In this document: positions 49,140-57,265 of the stretch, one piece after another
How positions within the stretch are numbered: position 1 is the first letter of the stretch
How the letters are laid out: each line of letters opens with the position of its first letter
IMG/VR virus record: IMGVR_UViG_3300017780_006957
Location: 1 to 64,000 of that record
From: a virus
Length of the DNA: 64,000 nucleotides
Reading direction: 5' to 3' (one strand)
The notes under the pieces: model-generated
Told to the model about the DNA's origin: nothing
What the model saw: only the letters and a program-made list of their open reading frames with translations
Databases searched by the model: none
Translations under genes and position numbers: made by a program

Positions 49140-49227
49140 AGGACAGTGCGAGATTCGAACTCGCGGTGAGCTTAACGCCCACTTCAGTTTTCAAGACTGA
49201 CGTATTAATCCACTCTACCAACTGTCC
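49140..49227 (-). tRNA. tRNA-Ser(UGA)
   Basis: GGACAGT/ACTGTCC acceptor, CTTGAAA loop, long variable arm. Confidence 0.9.
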
Positions 49228-49359
49228 GTTTAATTATCCTTGGCCGCGATACTTTTTTCTATAATTTTTTGAATTCTTTAGATGAGAGGTCTTGCTTTTA
49301 GCATGGATTCCCTTGCGCTTCTTAGACTTTACACCGTTTTTTTGGTTCTTCTTGTTCAT

Positions 49360-49980
49360 TTATTTATTGTTTAGATAGAATTTTTTTAGCACTACTTTAT
49401 TTAAGCCTCTACGACTTTCGATTTCAGGAATGATTGTTTTACGAATCCAATTTCTTTCATACCTTTGATCTTCGTTGCTCTCATCAATTTGAAGATACTT
49501 GAAAAGATTGTTTTTGTCAACCCAATTTTCAAAATTCTTTTTAATGTTCAAGATGAATGGGCGATAGATAGAAAAAGAATTAAAATCAGTAAATTCTTGA
49601 ATTGGTTTGTGTTCTGGGCAACCTTTTAAAGTATTACTTATATAACTCTCTACAGCGTCTTGTAAATGCTGGCATTGAATAATTGACCCACCCACTTGAG
49701 AAAAGAATTTTAATCTTTCTTTCCTTAGTCCATCTTCAATATTTTTATCAATCTTAATAGAACATTTTTCTGTGATAAGATTAATTTTATAGTCAGAACA
49801 AAATCTTTCGCAAGCCTTTTGCATAAGGTTGTTTTGCGGTCTTTGATTATGATTATAGTGAATAGCTTGAAATTTTTGTCCAGATTTATGAAGAAAATGA
49901 GCGCAAGCTAGACTATCTATACCGCCAGAGATAGCAATACTATAAGTTTTTGGTAGGTATTTTTTATTTATTTTGATCAT
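49360..49980 (-). CDS. tilS: tRNA(Ile)-lysidine synthetase-like PP-loop ATPase (N-terminal domain only)
   Basis: IAISGGIDS, HYNHNQR, QHLQDAVES, RPF, DESN...YERNWIR. Confidence 0.85.
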   Translation of the reverse strand: MIKINKKYLPKTYSIAISGGIDSLACAHFLHKSGQKFQAIHYNHNQRPQNNLMQKACERFCSDYKINLITEKCSIKIDKNIEDGLRKERLKFFSQVGGSIIQCQHLQDAVESYISNTLKGCPEHKPIQEFTDFNSFSIYRPFILNIKKNFENWVDKNNLFKYLQIDESNEDQRYERNWIRKTIIPEIESRRGLNKVVLKKFYLNNK

Positions 49981-50028
49981 TTAATTAAAAGATTATGATA
50001 TTTATCATAATCAGTGTATAATAGTTAT

Positions 50029-50388
50029 ATGCAAAAATGTAATCATTGTCAAGCGAATTTATCTGGTAATCAAACTAAATGGTGTTCGGATAAATGCAAA
50101 CATTCTGTCGCAAATGCGAAACATCAAAATTATCAAGCTCAACAGGAAAGAGGCAAGTCTAGAAAAAGAGATTTAATTAAAATGAAAGGCGGCGGATGTG
50201 AAATTTGTGGTTATAAAAAATCTACAGCCGCTCTATGTTTCCATCATTTAGACCCTTCAATAAAAAAATTTGAATTAGATATAAGAAGCTTATCAAATAG
50301 AAGACTAGATTATATCTTGGATGAAGCCTCAAAATGTCAATTACTTTGCTCTAATTGTCATATGGAAGTTCATCATGGTTTAGTATAA
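50029..50388 (+). mobile_element. HNH endonuclease
   Basis: CEICGY...LCFHH.DP...KCQLLCSNCHMEVH. Confidence 0.8.
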
Positions 50389-50396
50389 AATTAAAG

Positions 50397-50486
50397 TACA
50401 AAAGGTGAGACTCGAACTCACAAAGGACTTTCACGTCCATAACGGTTTATGAAACCGCGCCCTTAACCAATTCGGGTCACTTTTGC
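50397..50486 (-). tRNA. tRNA with CAU anticodon (Ile2 or Met) and a long variable arm
   Basis: GCAAAAG/CTTTTGT acceptor, GCGGT-TTCATAA-ACCGT, variable arm GGAC-GTGAAA-GTCC, TTCGAGT T-loop. Confidence 0.8.
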
Positions 50487-50499
50487 ATTATTTAGAAAG

Positions 50500-50577
50500 T
50501 GGTAGTCACGGTGGAATTCGAATCCACACTGTAATGATTTTAAGTCATTTGTCTCCTACCAGTTGGACTACGTGACC
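50500..50577 (-). tRNA. tRNA-Leu(UAA) with a short variable loop
   Basis: GGTCACG/CGTGACT acceptor, CTTAAAA loop, CCA. Confidence 0.88.
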
Positions 50578-50617
50578 TTTTTTATTTTATCTCACTGACT
50601 TACTCAGTGATGTCCTT

Positions 50618-50646
50618 ATCTTACTCTTAGTTGGCGGGATTGTCAA
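50618..50646 (-). promoter_or_regulatory. Sigma70-type promoter for the tRNA/tilS block
   Basis: TTGACA-17-TAAGAT. Confidence 0.7.
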
Positions 50647-50692
50647 CTTTTTTCTGCAAAAAAAGTGTAATGAGATTAAACACATTAAAATT

Positions 50693-52003
50693 ATGTCCGC
50701 TCAATACACTTTTAATCACCTTGGGCAGCTGTCCCACAGTGCAGCCACAATGCCGTGTCTTTATGATAGCGCACAAGATGTATATAGACCAATAAATGAT
50801 TTAGATTTTGGTGGCCAAGGAAGCTATACATCAAAGGGAAGATTAAAAACTTCAAACGTCGAAACGTTCTTCTTTAATACATTTCAATATGGTAAAGAAA
50901 CCGATATTTGGGACGAATCAACTGCAAATGGTGGTTCAGGAATATACGATTCTAACATTAATCAAATTGATATGTCAGTCAGTAATATCTCTGGATCTGA
51001 ATGCGTTAGACAGACAAAAAATGTCCAAAGATATGTTCCTTCAAGAAATTCTAATTTAGCTTTTGCGGTTAAATTAGGAAATCCAACTCTTGGAATTAGA
51101 AGACGTTTTGGTTTGTTTGAGCCAAACGATGGAATCTTTTTCGAAGATGGCGGCGATAATAATTATTATTGTGTTATCCGTAGTTCTGTTAGCGGCTCAG
51201 TGAATGAAATTAAAGTCGCAAGAAACAATTGGAATGGTGACAAATTAGATGGAACTGGACCAAGTAAAATAATTGCAAATCCGCAAGCTCAACAATTAAT
51301 TGCCATTGATTATGAATGGTATGGTGCTGGTGAGATAGGATTTAATTATGTTATTAATGGATCTCCCGTGAGAATACACACATTTAATACAGCAAATAAT
51401 TTTACTGATCCTTGGTGCAAAACTCCATTCTTACCTATAAGAGTAGAAATAACAAACACTAGTGGCGGTCAATCTAGCGGTAGATATCATATTTATCAAG
51501 GATCAAATTCATTAACCTCAGAAGGAAATTCATTAAATCTTGGCGTTGCAGAGTCTATTTCTACATCAATAGATGGAAAAGAAATTCCTAAAGATATATT
51601 TTATCCGTTAATAAGCTTAAGATTAAAATCTAATTCACTTAAAGGAGTTGTTTTTCCAAGACATTTTCAAGTAGCAACTACTGAAAATAATGTCCATGTT
51701 TTTTATAAAATACTTAGAAATGCCGCTATATCTGGGGCTGTTTGGCAAAATCATCCAGATACTAATTCATTTGTTCAATATGATATTTCTGGAACAGCAT
51801 ATAGTAATGGGCAAACTGTTGATGATGGTTTTGTTGTATATGGATCTTCCGCAGGTCAAATAGAACTTGATGATGCATTAAATTATCAAATAGGTAGAAG
51901 CGGCATGGGTCTATACAGTGATACTTACACATTGGCCGTAGCTCATACGGCATCCACAAATAGAAGCGTCATAGGATCTATGTCTTGGATTGAACAGAGA
52001 TAA
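50693..52003 (+). CDS. Putative virion structural protein
   Basis: 436 aa, beta-rich and SG-rich; GTGTAA upstream; has its own terminator. Confidence 0.55.
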   Translation: MSAQYTFNHLGQLSHSAATMPCLYDSAQDVYRPINDLDFGGQGSYTSKGRLKTSNVETFFFNTFQYGKETDIWDESTANGGSGIYDSNINQIDMSVSNISGSECVRQTKNVQRYVPSRNSNLAFAVKLGNPTLGIRRRFGLFEPNDGIFFEDGGDNNYYCVIRSSVSGSVNEIKVARNNWNGDKLDGTGPSKIIANPQAQQLIAIDYEWYGAGEIGFNYVINGSPVRIHTFNTANNFTDPWCKTPFLPIRVEITNTSGGQSSGRYHIYQGSNSLTSEGNSLNLGVAESISTSIDGKEIPKDIFYPLISLRLKSNSLKGVVFPRHFQVATTENNVHVFYKILRNAAISGAVWQNHPDTNSFVQYDISGTAYSNGQTVDDGFVVYGSSAGQIELDDALNYQIGRSGMGLYSDTYTLAVAHTASTNRSVIGSMSWIEQR

Positions 52004-52004
52004 T

Positions 52005-52036
52005 AAAAAAGCCTATCTTTTGAAGATAGGCTTTTT
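52005..52036. terminator. Bidirectional intrinsic terminator
   Basis: AAAAAAGCCTATCTT-TTG-AAGATAGGCTTTTT between convergent units. Confidence 0.85.
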
Positions 52037-52043
52037 AATGAAA

Positions 52044-52130
52044 TGGAGCTAAAGGTGAGATTCGAACTCACGGTGCGCTTTCGCATCTCGATTACAAATC
52101 GAGTCCTTTCGACCACTGAGGGACTTTAGC
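52044..52130 (-). tRNA. tRNA-Thr(UGU) with a class II (long variable arm) body
   Basis: GCTAAAG/CTTTAGC-T-CCA, CTCGA-TTTGTAA-TCGAG, variable arm TGCG-AAAG-CGCA. Confidence 0.8.
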
Positions 52131-52164
52131 AAAATATTAATTAATAATGGTTATGAAGTAAAAA

Positions 52165-52238
52165 GGCTCCCAGTTTTGGCAACGATCCAAACTCACACTG
52201 CTTAACAGGCAGGTCGCACGCCCTGTGCGTTACTGGGA
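52165..52238 (-). tRNA. tRNA-Asn(GUU) with an atypical T-loop
   Basis: TCCCAGT/ACTGGGA acceptor, G73, CTGTTAA loop, T-loop ATCGTTG. Confidence 0.78.
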
Positions 52239-52268
52239 TTTATATCTTATTATATAAGAATAAGAAAG

Positions 52269-53458
52269 TTTTTCTATCGCTGAAGAAGTCCCCCGTTTCC
52301 ACAGAGGTCAATGACCCTTCTTCACTTTTCTACAAGTACTAACTCGCTGGAGAGTTTGACCACGCGATGCGTAGCTACACTCATTTTCCTGTCCGTTTTC
52401 TCTGAATACTTCGGGCGATCAAAACGCACGATAGAAAATTGACCAATTCCTGACCTGCCGCGCACTACTTTATCAGGTATAGCCGCTTGCAGTCAGGCAA
52501 TTGGAAATGGTTTTGCGGCTCAGGTCGCTATATCGTGCAATGTGTTCCCAACCGAATAATCGTCTCGAAAGACTCGATTTCTATCAACTGCATTAACCCA
52601 TCACTGAATCGTGCGTTTTATGTTGACTACCTTGCACAAACGTCTTAGTTGACGAATACCCCTCAATGACCGCAAAATTAGTTTATCTGTCAGACCTTAA
52701 CGCCTATGCCCCTCGCGCATAGACAGCATCTTCGCTGGTTCACGGATGGGCCACTTTGTAGTGCCGTAAGTGCAGCACCTCAGACGGATCTCCAGCATAG
52801 GTCTTCACAGCTGTGTGTAGATATTCTCGACAGATAAAAAATGCAGAAGAGATTGGATTCGAACCAATATTGTACCATACTGCCCTTGGGCATCCAAGGA
52901 ATCGAACCTTAACGAAATAACCGTCGCTATTGCATTGCCGTTATGCTACTCTTCTAAAAAAGGTGGCTAGAGTGTTTGTGGAATCTCAGGAATTGCATCC
53001 TGTTATACTAGTAACTTGCCAGATTCCCTCTAGCCATTGAAAATTTGTCCATAGAGTATGCACTCTCAATGCGTTATGCAGGACTGGCACTAGCTATATG
53101 AATCCTTATAGCTGGAGAAGGAAGCCCGTAACCTTCATATGGCTTTTTATATTTACAATGTATGGTTATTAACCCACACGGAATTTCAAGCATTAACCCA
53201 CTACGTATATGGTAACTCACCGATTTCCATTGCAAAAATTAATATTCCTTTAATGGTAGGCGTTGTCGCATTCAAATCTCTACCCACCACAATCGCTTCA
53301 AGATTCTCGTTCGCTTACCGCACGGGGCATGAAGCCCCTTGTCCCATTAAGGGAATAAAATTTTTAAAATTTTTATTTATTAAAGAACAGTATTTTATCT
53401 CTAATCGTTGACTAGAGAGGATCTTTCGAATCTGAGTGACTCCTATTCAATCGATCTA
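52269..53458 (-). ncRNA. Tandem cluster of unassigned structured ncRNAs
   Basis: GC-richer stretch without a credible ORF, made of units each closed by a terminal helix and separated by A/T linkers. Confidence 0.7.
52842..52955 (-). ncRNA. tRNA-like RNA with an expanded anticodon region containing a second T-loop hairpin
   Basis: AGAAGAG/CTCTTCT acceptor, GCAT-AACGGCA-ATGC D-arm, ATTGG-TTCGAAT-CCAAT T-arm, internal AAGG-TTCGATT-CCTT. Confidence 0.7.
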
Positions 53459-53463
53459 TTTAG

Positions 53464-53492
53464 ATAATAACTTATGTTTTCGCTTATGTCAA
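53464..53492 (-). promoter_or_regulatory. Sigma70-type promoter heading the ncRNA cluster
   Basis: TTGACA-17-TATTAT. Confidence 0.7.
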
Positions 53493-53495
53493 CTT

Positions 53496-53714
53496 TTATC
53501 TTAGATTTAATTCACTCTCTACTTTTCGGAATCTGTCATCAGAATGCCAGATTTCATTTACTTGTGGAGTATAAACTCCATCAAGGGTTTGAATCGGGAC
53601 GTTCTTTTGCAGCTTTAAAGTAGAAGGTTGATAAATTTTCCAGTTCTTCACGTTCTCGTTTGAGTTCCATACGCAGGAGGTCTGCGCGATCAGCAGAAGA
53701 GCTGCCCCCATCAT
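53496..53714 (-). CDS. Putative o-spanin (Rz1-like lipoprotein)
   Basis: MMGAALLLIAQTSC lipoprotein-like signal; starts inside the upstream ORF in another frame. Confidence 0.5.
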   Translation of the reverse strand: MMGAALLLIAQTSCVWNSNENVKNWKIYQPSTLKLQKNVPIQTLDGVYTPQVNEIWHSDDRFRKVESELNLR

Positions 53715-53850
53715 TACGCAGCTTTTCAATTTCGTCAAGTATTTCTTTTTGTCTATTTTTTGATTTGATTCTGATTTCATAATAAAATGATTTGTTTTTT
53801 AAGTTTAAATAAAGTTCCAGTGATTTAATTAAAGAAGTTAAAATTCCCAT
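53581..53850 (-). CDS. Putative i-spanin-like (Rz-like) coiled-coil protein
   Basis: Overlaps the lipoprotein ORF; helical; the TM segment is weak. Confidence 0.4.
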   Translation of the reverse strand: MGILTSLIKSLELYLNLKNKSFYYEIRIKSKNRQKEILDEIEKLRNDGGSSSADRADLLRMELKREREELENLSTFYFKAAKERPDSNP

Positions 53851-53856
53851 ATTAAA

Positions 53857-54420
53857 TTATATAAAACTTTTCCACTCTTTTCTAATTTTGGACACCTGAA
53901 GAAAAAGATTAGGAATTACTGGAGCTTTTACTATTTCATTTTTAATATTAAAAAATGGAGAATGATCGGACTTCTTTTGATTGCAGTCAAGACAAGCCAA
54001 AGTCCTATTTTCGTGTTCATCAGTTCCGCCCTTACTTTTTGGTTTGATGTGATCAATAGTAAGATCTGCGATTTTAAATTTCTTTAAACAATACTGGCAA
54101 ATAGAATCATGAATTCTGCTTAATTCCGCCAAAGATAGTTTTTTCTTTTTGGGTTTTTTAAAAAATTTACTGGTTACAATAATAATTGTTGGAATTGGCC
54201 AAGAGCGTTTTGCGCTACGAAGAACGGGCTGATCTTCATGGAACTCCGCATAATCATTCCACTTCTCTATAGAATCAAACAAATTATTGTTTTTATCTAA
54301 AGCGGTGACATTTTGACTTAATAGATGCGCGAAAGCAGCCTTTGCTGTGATGGCAGTGATAGGTTGCCAAGCGTTATTAAGTAAGAGTGTGGTTCTAGTA
54401 TTGCAATCTACGATGTTCAT
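53857..54420 (-). CDS. HNH endonuclease (McrA-like)
   Basis: TLLLNNAWQPI, CQYC, LTIDHIKPKSKGG, LACLDCN. Confidence 0.85.
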   Translation of the reverse strand: MNIVDCNTRTTLLLNNAWQPITAITAKAAFAHLLSQNVTALDKNNNLFDSIEKWNDYAEFHEDQPVLRSAKRSWPIPTIIIVTSKFFKKPKKKKLSLAELSRIHDSICQYCLKKFKIADLTIDHIKPKSKGGTDEHENRTLACLDCNQKKSDHSPFFNIKNEIVKAPVIPNLFLQVSKIRKEWKSFI

Positions 54421-55097
54421 TAATCAATAACTTGCCCCAAAAACATTGGGAAGATTTTAGATAAAGCTATAGCGCATTGTTTTGCAACTTCAATATGCTC
54501 TTTCTGAGTCCCATTGCCAGTGCGAACTTCAAGATAATGAATCCAACTACGAATAGTTCCGTTCATATATAAACGACTCATCATATTTCCTTCTGGAAGA
54601 ACTGATCGAGCTACTTCTTTTGCTATCCCATTTTCAATAGCCCAATCATAAGTTTCTTTTGCTTTTTCAATTAATTGTTTTTGTCTAACTTCCCAACGAT
54701 AAGAAAGAACTTCATTATTTGTTTCTACTGAATTTTGACGATTCTTTGTATCTTGAAGACGGGCTTCGCGGACTACCATTGGCAATACAGAAGTAGGATC
54801 TGCATAACGCTGAGAAAATTCTTGAAAAGCAAATGATCTGTGGCGAAGAATTTGGCGAGCAATATCTCTTGTCGTTTCGATTTCAAGAACAGCGTTACAC
54901 ATTTCAAATGGTGAAAAATGTTTGTGTTTAAGAAGATAATTAATCAACTTATCTGCCGTATCCATATTCATTTGATTAGAAGGATTAGACACTCTTCCGC
55001 AAAATGTGATTAGATCGGAAATGGTTTCCACTCCTGTTCCAGCAAAATAATCTTTATCAGGAATTGTATAGCCGACTAGTTTTACTTTATTACTCAT
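54420..55097 (-). CDS. thyX: FAD-dependent thymidylate synthase
   Basis: HFSPFE, RQILRHRSFAFQEFSQRY, AKEVARSVLP, TQKEH. Confidence 0.95.
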   Translation of the reverse strand: MSNKVKLVGYTIPDKDYFAGTGVETISDLITFCGRVSNPSNQMNMDTADKLINYLLKHKHFSPFEMCNAVLEIETTRDIARQILRHRSFAFQEFSQRYADPTSVLPMVVREARLQDTKNRQNSVETNNEVLSYRWEVRQKQLIEKAKETYDWAIENGIAKEVARSVLPEGNMMSRLYMNGTIRSWIHYLEVRTGNGTQKEHIEVAKQCAIALSKIFPMFLGQVID

Positions 55098-55767
55098 TAG
55101 TTTTTAAATTGTATTGATTTTCATAAAAAGAACAAGACAAATCTCCATTATTATAATATTTTTTATCAGACTTTGGGTAATTCGAAATAATTTCATAGTT
55201 CAATGAAGCTTTCATTTGTTTCTTTTGCTTCTTTGAGCCAACAAAAAAGAAATATCTGTGCTTTGGCATAGGTTTTATCTTTTGTATATTATTTTCTTTG
55301 GCCCAAATAGCTGGCTTAGTAATGCCTAGCTTATCTCTAAGGGTCATTGGGTGGGTTGCCACTCCATCAATCAAATAAAGACTGTCATGAGATACTGTTG
55401 CGCCTGTATATAGCCAATTTGTTGCTTGATAAACTATACCACTATGTCCATGAGCCGAATCTGCATAGCTTATAATCGCACAGAACCGCTCTTTAAGCAT
55501 TTTAGTAGATTGACTAATCAAAAATGATGCGGCGTTTTTTACATCATTATCTACGACTAATCTAGTCAATTCATAAAGTCTAAAATCCCTATCTTTAAAT
55601 GCGTATTTTTGAATAGGTGCTGACGGTTGACCAAAGCAACATACTCCAATAAGTTTGTTATCATTAAAAAGACCAAAGCCTTCCCAGAAAATGCCAAGTC
55701 TTTTGGAGTAGTGTTTATTTGATATGATTAAATCAGCTATTGATTTATCAATTCTTTTGACGGTCAT
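55090..55767 (-). CDS. Mom-family (GNAT) DNA modification protein
   Basis: HYSKR, LIGVCCFG, ELTRL, ISYAD..GH.GIVYQATNWLYTG. Confidence 0.8.
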   Translation of the reverse strand: MTVKRIDKSIADLIISNKHYSKRLGIFWEGFGLFNDNKLIGVCCFGQPSAPIQKYAFKDRDFRLYELTRLVVDNDVKNAASFLISQSTKMLKERFCAIISYADSAHGHSGIVYQATNWLYTGATVSHDSLYLIDGVATHPMTLRDKLGITKPAIWAKENNIQKIKPMPKHRYFFFVGSKKQKKQMKASLNYEIISNYPKSDKKYYNNGDLSCSFYENQYNLKTNE

Positions 55768-56099
55768 ACATTTTTGACGAATAGGCCATCAATGACACGC
55801 CCACGCCTATCCTTAATGACATCGTATGCACTGGCAAGGCATTCGATAAAATCAACATCAACTTTATGGCAAAGCATCATAAGAGTAACTCCCATGTCAC
55901 CAATACCGTCAATCACTTCTTCCATTGCTTTTTCTTTTGCTTTTTCTGTTTTTGCGTCTGCAAAAGCAACAAGAGCGTTCATTGTTTCATCCAACTCTTC
56001 TTGAGTTTTATGCAGCTGTTTAATTGGAGTAGAAAATTCAAAAATATTCCTATCCTTACCCCACTGCACAATCTTTTCTTTTAGTTCTTTGTATTCCAT
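55764..56099 (-). CDS. MazG-like nucleotide pyrophosphohydrolase
   Basis: WGKDRNI...KTQEELDE...DGIGD...AYDVIKDRRG. Confidence 0.85.
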   Translation of the reverse strand: MEYKELKEKIVQWGKDRNIFEFSTPIKQLHKTQEELDETMNALVAFADAKTEKAKEKAMEEVIDGIGDMGVTLMMLCHKVDVDFIECLASAYDVIKDRRGRVIDGLFVKNV

Positions 56100-56102
56100 A
56101 AA

Positions 56103-56396
56103 TTATCCGATATTAATTTCAGTAGGCGCGATAGATTCAAGTTCGCCGCAAATAGATTGAATCTCCTTCTGGTCCATTTCTTTGGCGATGGAGCGTAATT
56201 TACTTACTTCAGAACAGAAGAATTTAAATTTGTCATCTTGCTCTATGGTTTTTTTGTTTTGATTGTCATAAATGCCGAAATCAAAGACTTCAAAACGAGT
56301 AGGATCAATGCAGCGTTCAATTGGATCATAGTTGCTGTTTCCAACAACATAATCGAAAATGTCACCCACAGAGATCTTAATTTTAAACGAATTCAT
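56103..56396 (-). CDS. Hypothetical protein
   Basis: 97-aa ORF. Confidence 0.55.
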   Translation of the reverse strand: MNSFKIKISVGDIFDYVVGNSNYDPIERCIDPTRFEVFDFGIYDNQNKKTIEQDDKFKFFCSEVSKLRSIAKEMDQKEIQSICGELESIAPTEINIG

Positions 56397-56490
56397 TATT
56401 ATTTAGTTAATTATTTTTTTTATTTATTGCGTTCAACGCAAAAACAGATTACCAATAAATAGATCACCAGTCAAGATCTTTTTGAAGATT

Positions 56491-57258
56491 TTAAACGCAC
56501 GAAGCAATTAATGAGGCTTCATCATCTCTTCTTACCAAAAGACCATCAAGACCCTTGCCAATCCACAGCCTTTTCATCTTGCGGACTTCGTTGGCGATGG
56601 CTTCGTAATTTTTTGAATCAATTAAATTTCTGATATTAAGCATTTCAATCCTACTCGGACCAGAAACCGATGCGCCTCTATTAAAAACAAGACTGACTAA
56701 CGCTCCAAAAGCATCTGGGTGGAGTTTGTCGGAATTAGGAAAAGCTTTTTTTGTTTCGTTTATAAAGCGCGGCAATGTATTCTTTTTAAAAACAATTTCT
56801 GCGGCATCCCAAGATACTTCAATGTCTTTTACGCTTGAAATAGCGGCTTTCGCATTGGAAGATTTTTTTCCAAGGTGTTGAAGCAATCGAATATAAGATT
56901 GGGTATCCAAAATTCCCTTCCAATCTTCTGAGAATTGATATGATGTGTTATAGCCTAAATCGTAGCCTATGCCGATTGTTACGCCGCTTTCGCCTCCAGG
57001 ATAACAAGGATGTTTTAAGCATTTATTATAATAACTTGCGCCGCCGCCAACTTCATATTTAAGAATAAGCGCAAATGATTTTGCAGATAAAGGGTTGGAT
57101 TCATTATTTGAATTAACGACAGGAATTTCGGCAGGTTGCTCGCCAGTTATTTTAATAAGTATTTGTTTCCATGTGTTTGGGCCATCGATTCCATCAGCAT
57201 TTAAATTCAAAGCCTTTTGGACTTTGGTTATTAATTCTTTTTTATTTGCAAATTCCAT
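56491..57258 (-). CDS. Endolysin (peptidoglycan-binding domain plus lysozyme/pesticin-like muramidase)
   Basis: VQKAL..ADGIDGPNTW; YEVG, SGVTIGIGYDLG, ALVSLVFNRG, GLLVRRDDEA. Confidence 0.85.
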   Translation of the reverse strand: MEFANKKELITKVQKALNLNADGIDGPNTWKQILIKITGEQPAEIPVVNSNNESNPLSAKSFALILKYEVGGGASYYNKCLKHPCYPGGESGVTIGIGYDLGYNTSYQFSEDWKGILDTQSYIRLLQHLGKKSSNAKAAISSVKDIEVSWDAAEIVFKKNTLPRFINETKKAFPNSDKLHPDAFGALVSLVFNRGASVSGPSRIEMLNIRNLIDSKNYEAIANEVRKMKRLWIGKGLDGLLVRRDDEASLIASCV

Positions 57259-57265
57259 ATTTTTA

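Noticed and set aside
52044-52130. tRNA-Tyr(GUA)
   Set aside because: The perfect 5-bp stem centres the 7-nt loop on UGU, a GUA register breaks the stem, and the acceptor looks Thr-like.
52269-52838. Hammerhead ribozyme, RNase P, full tmRNA or SAM riboswitch
   Set aside because: Diagnostic cores (CUGAUGA/GAAA, GAGGAAAGUCC, tag ORF) were not found by eye; left unassigned.
53139-53411. Plus-strand 90-aa ORF
   Set aside because: Antisense to the structured RNA cluster, with no recognisable motif.
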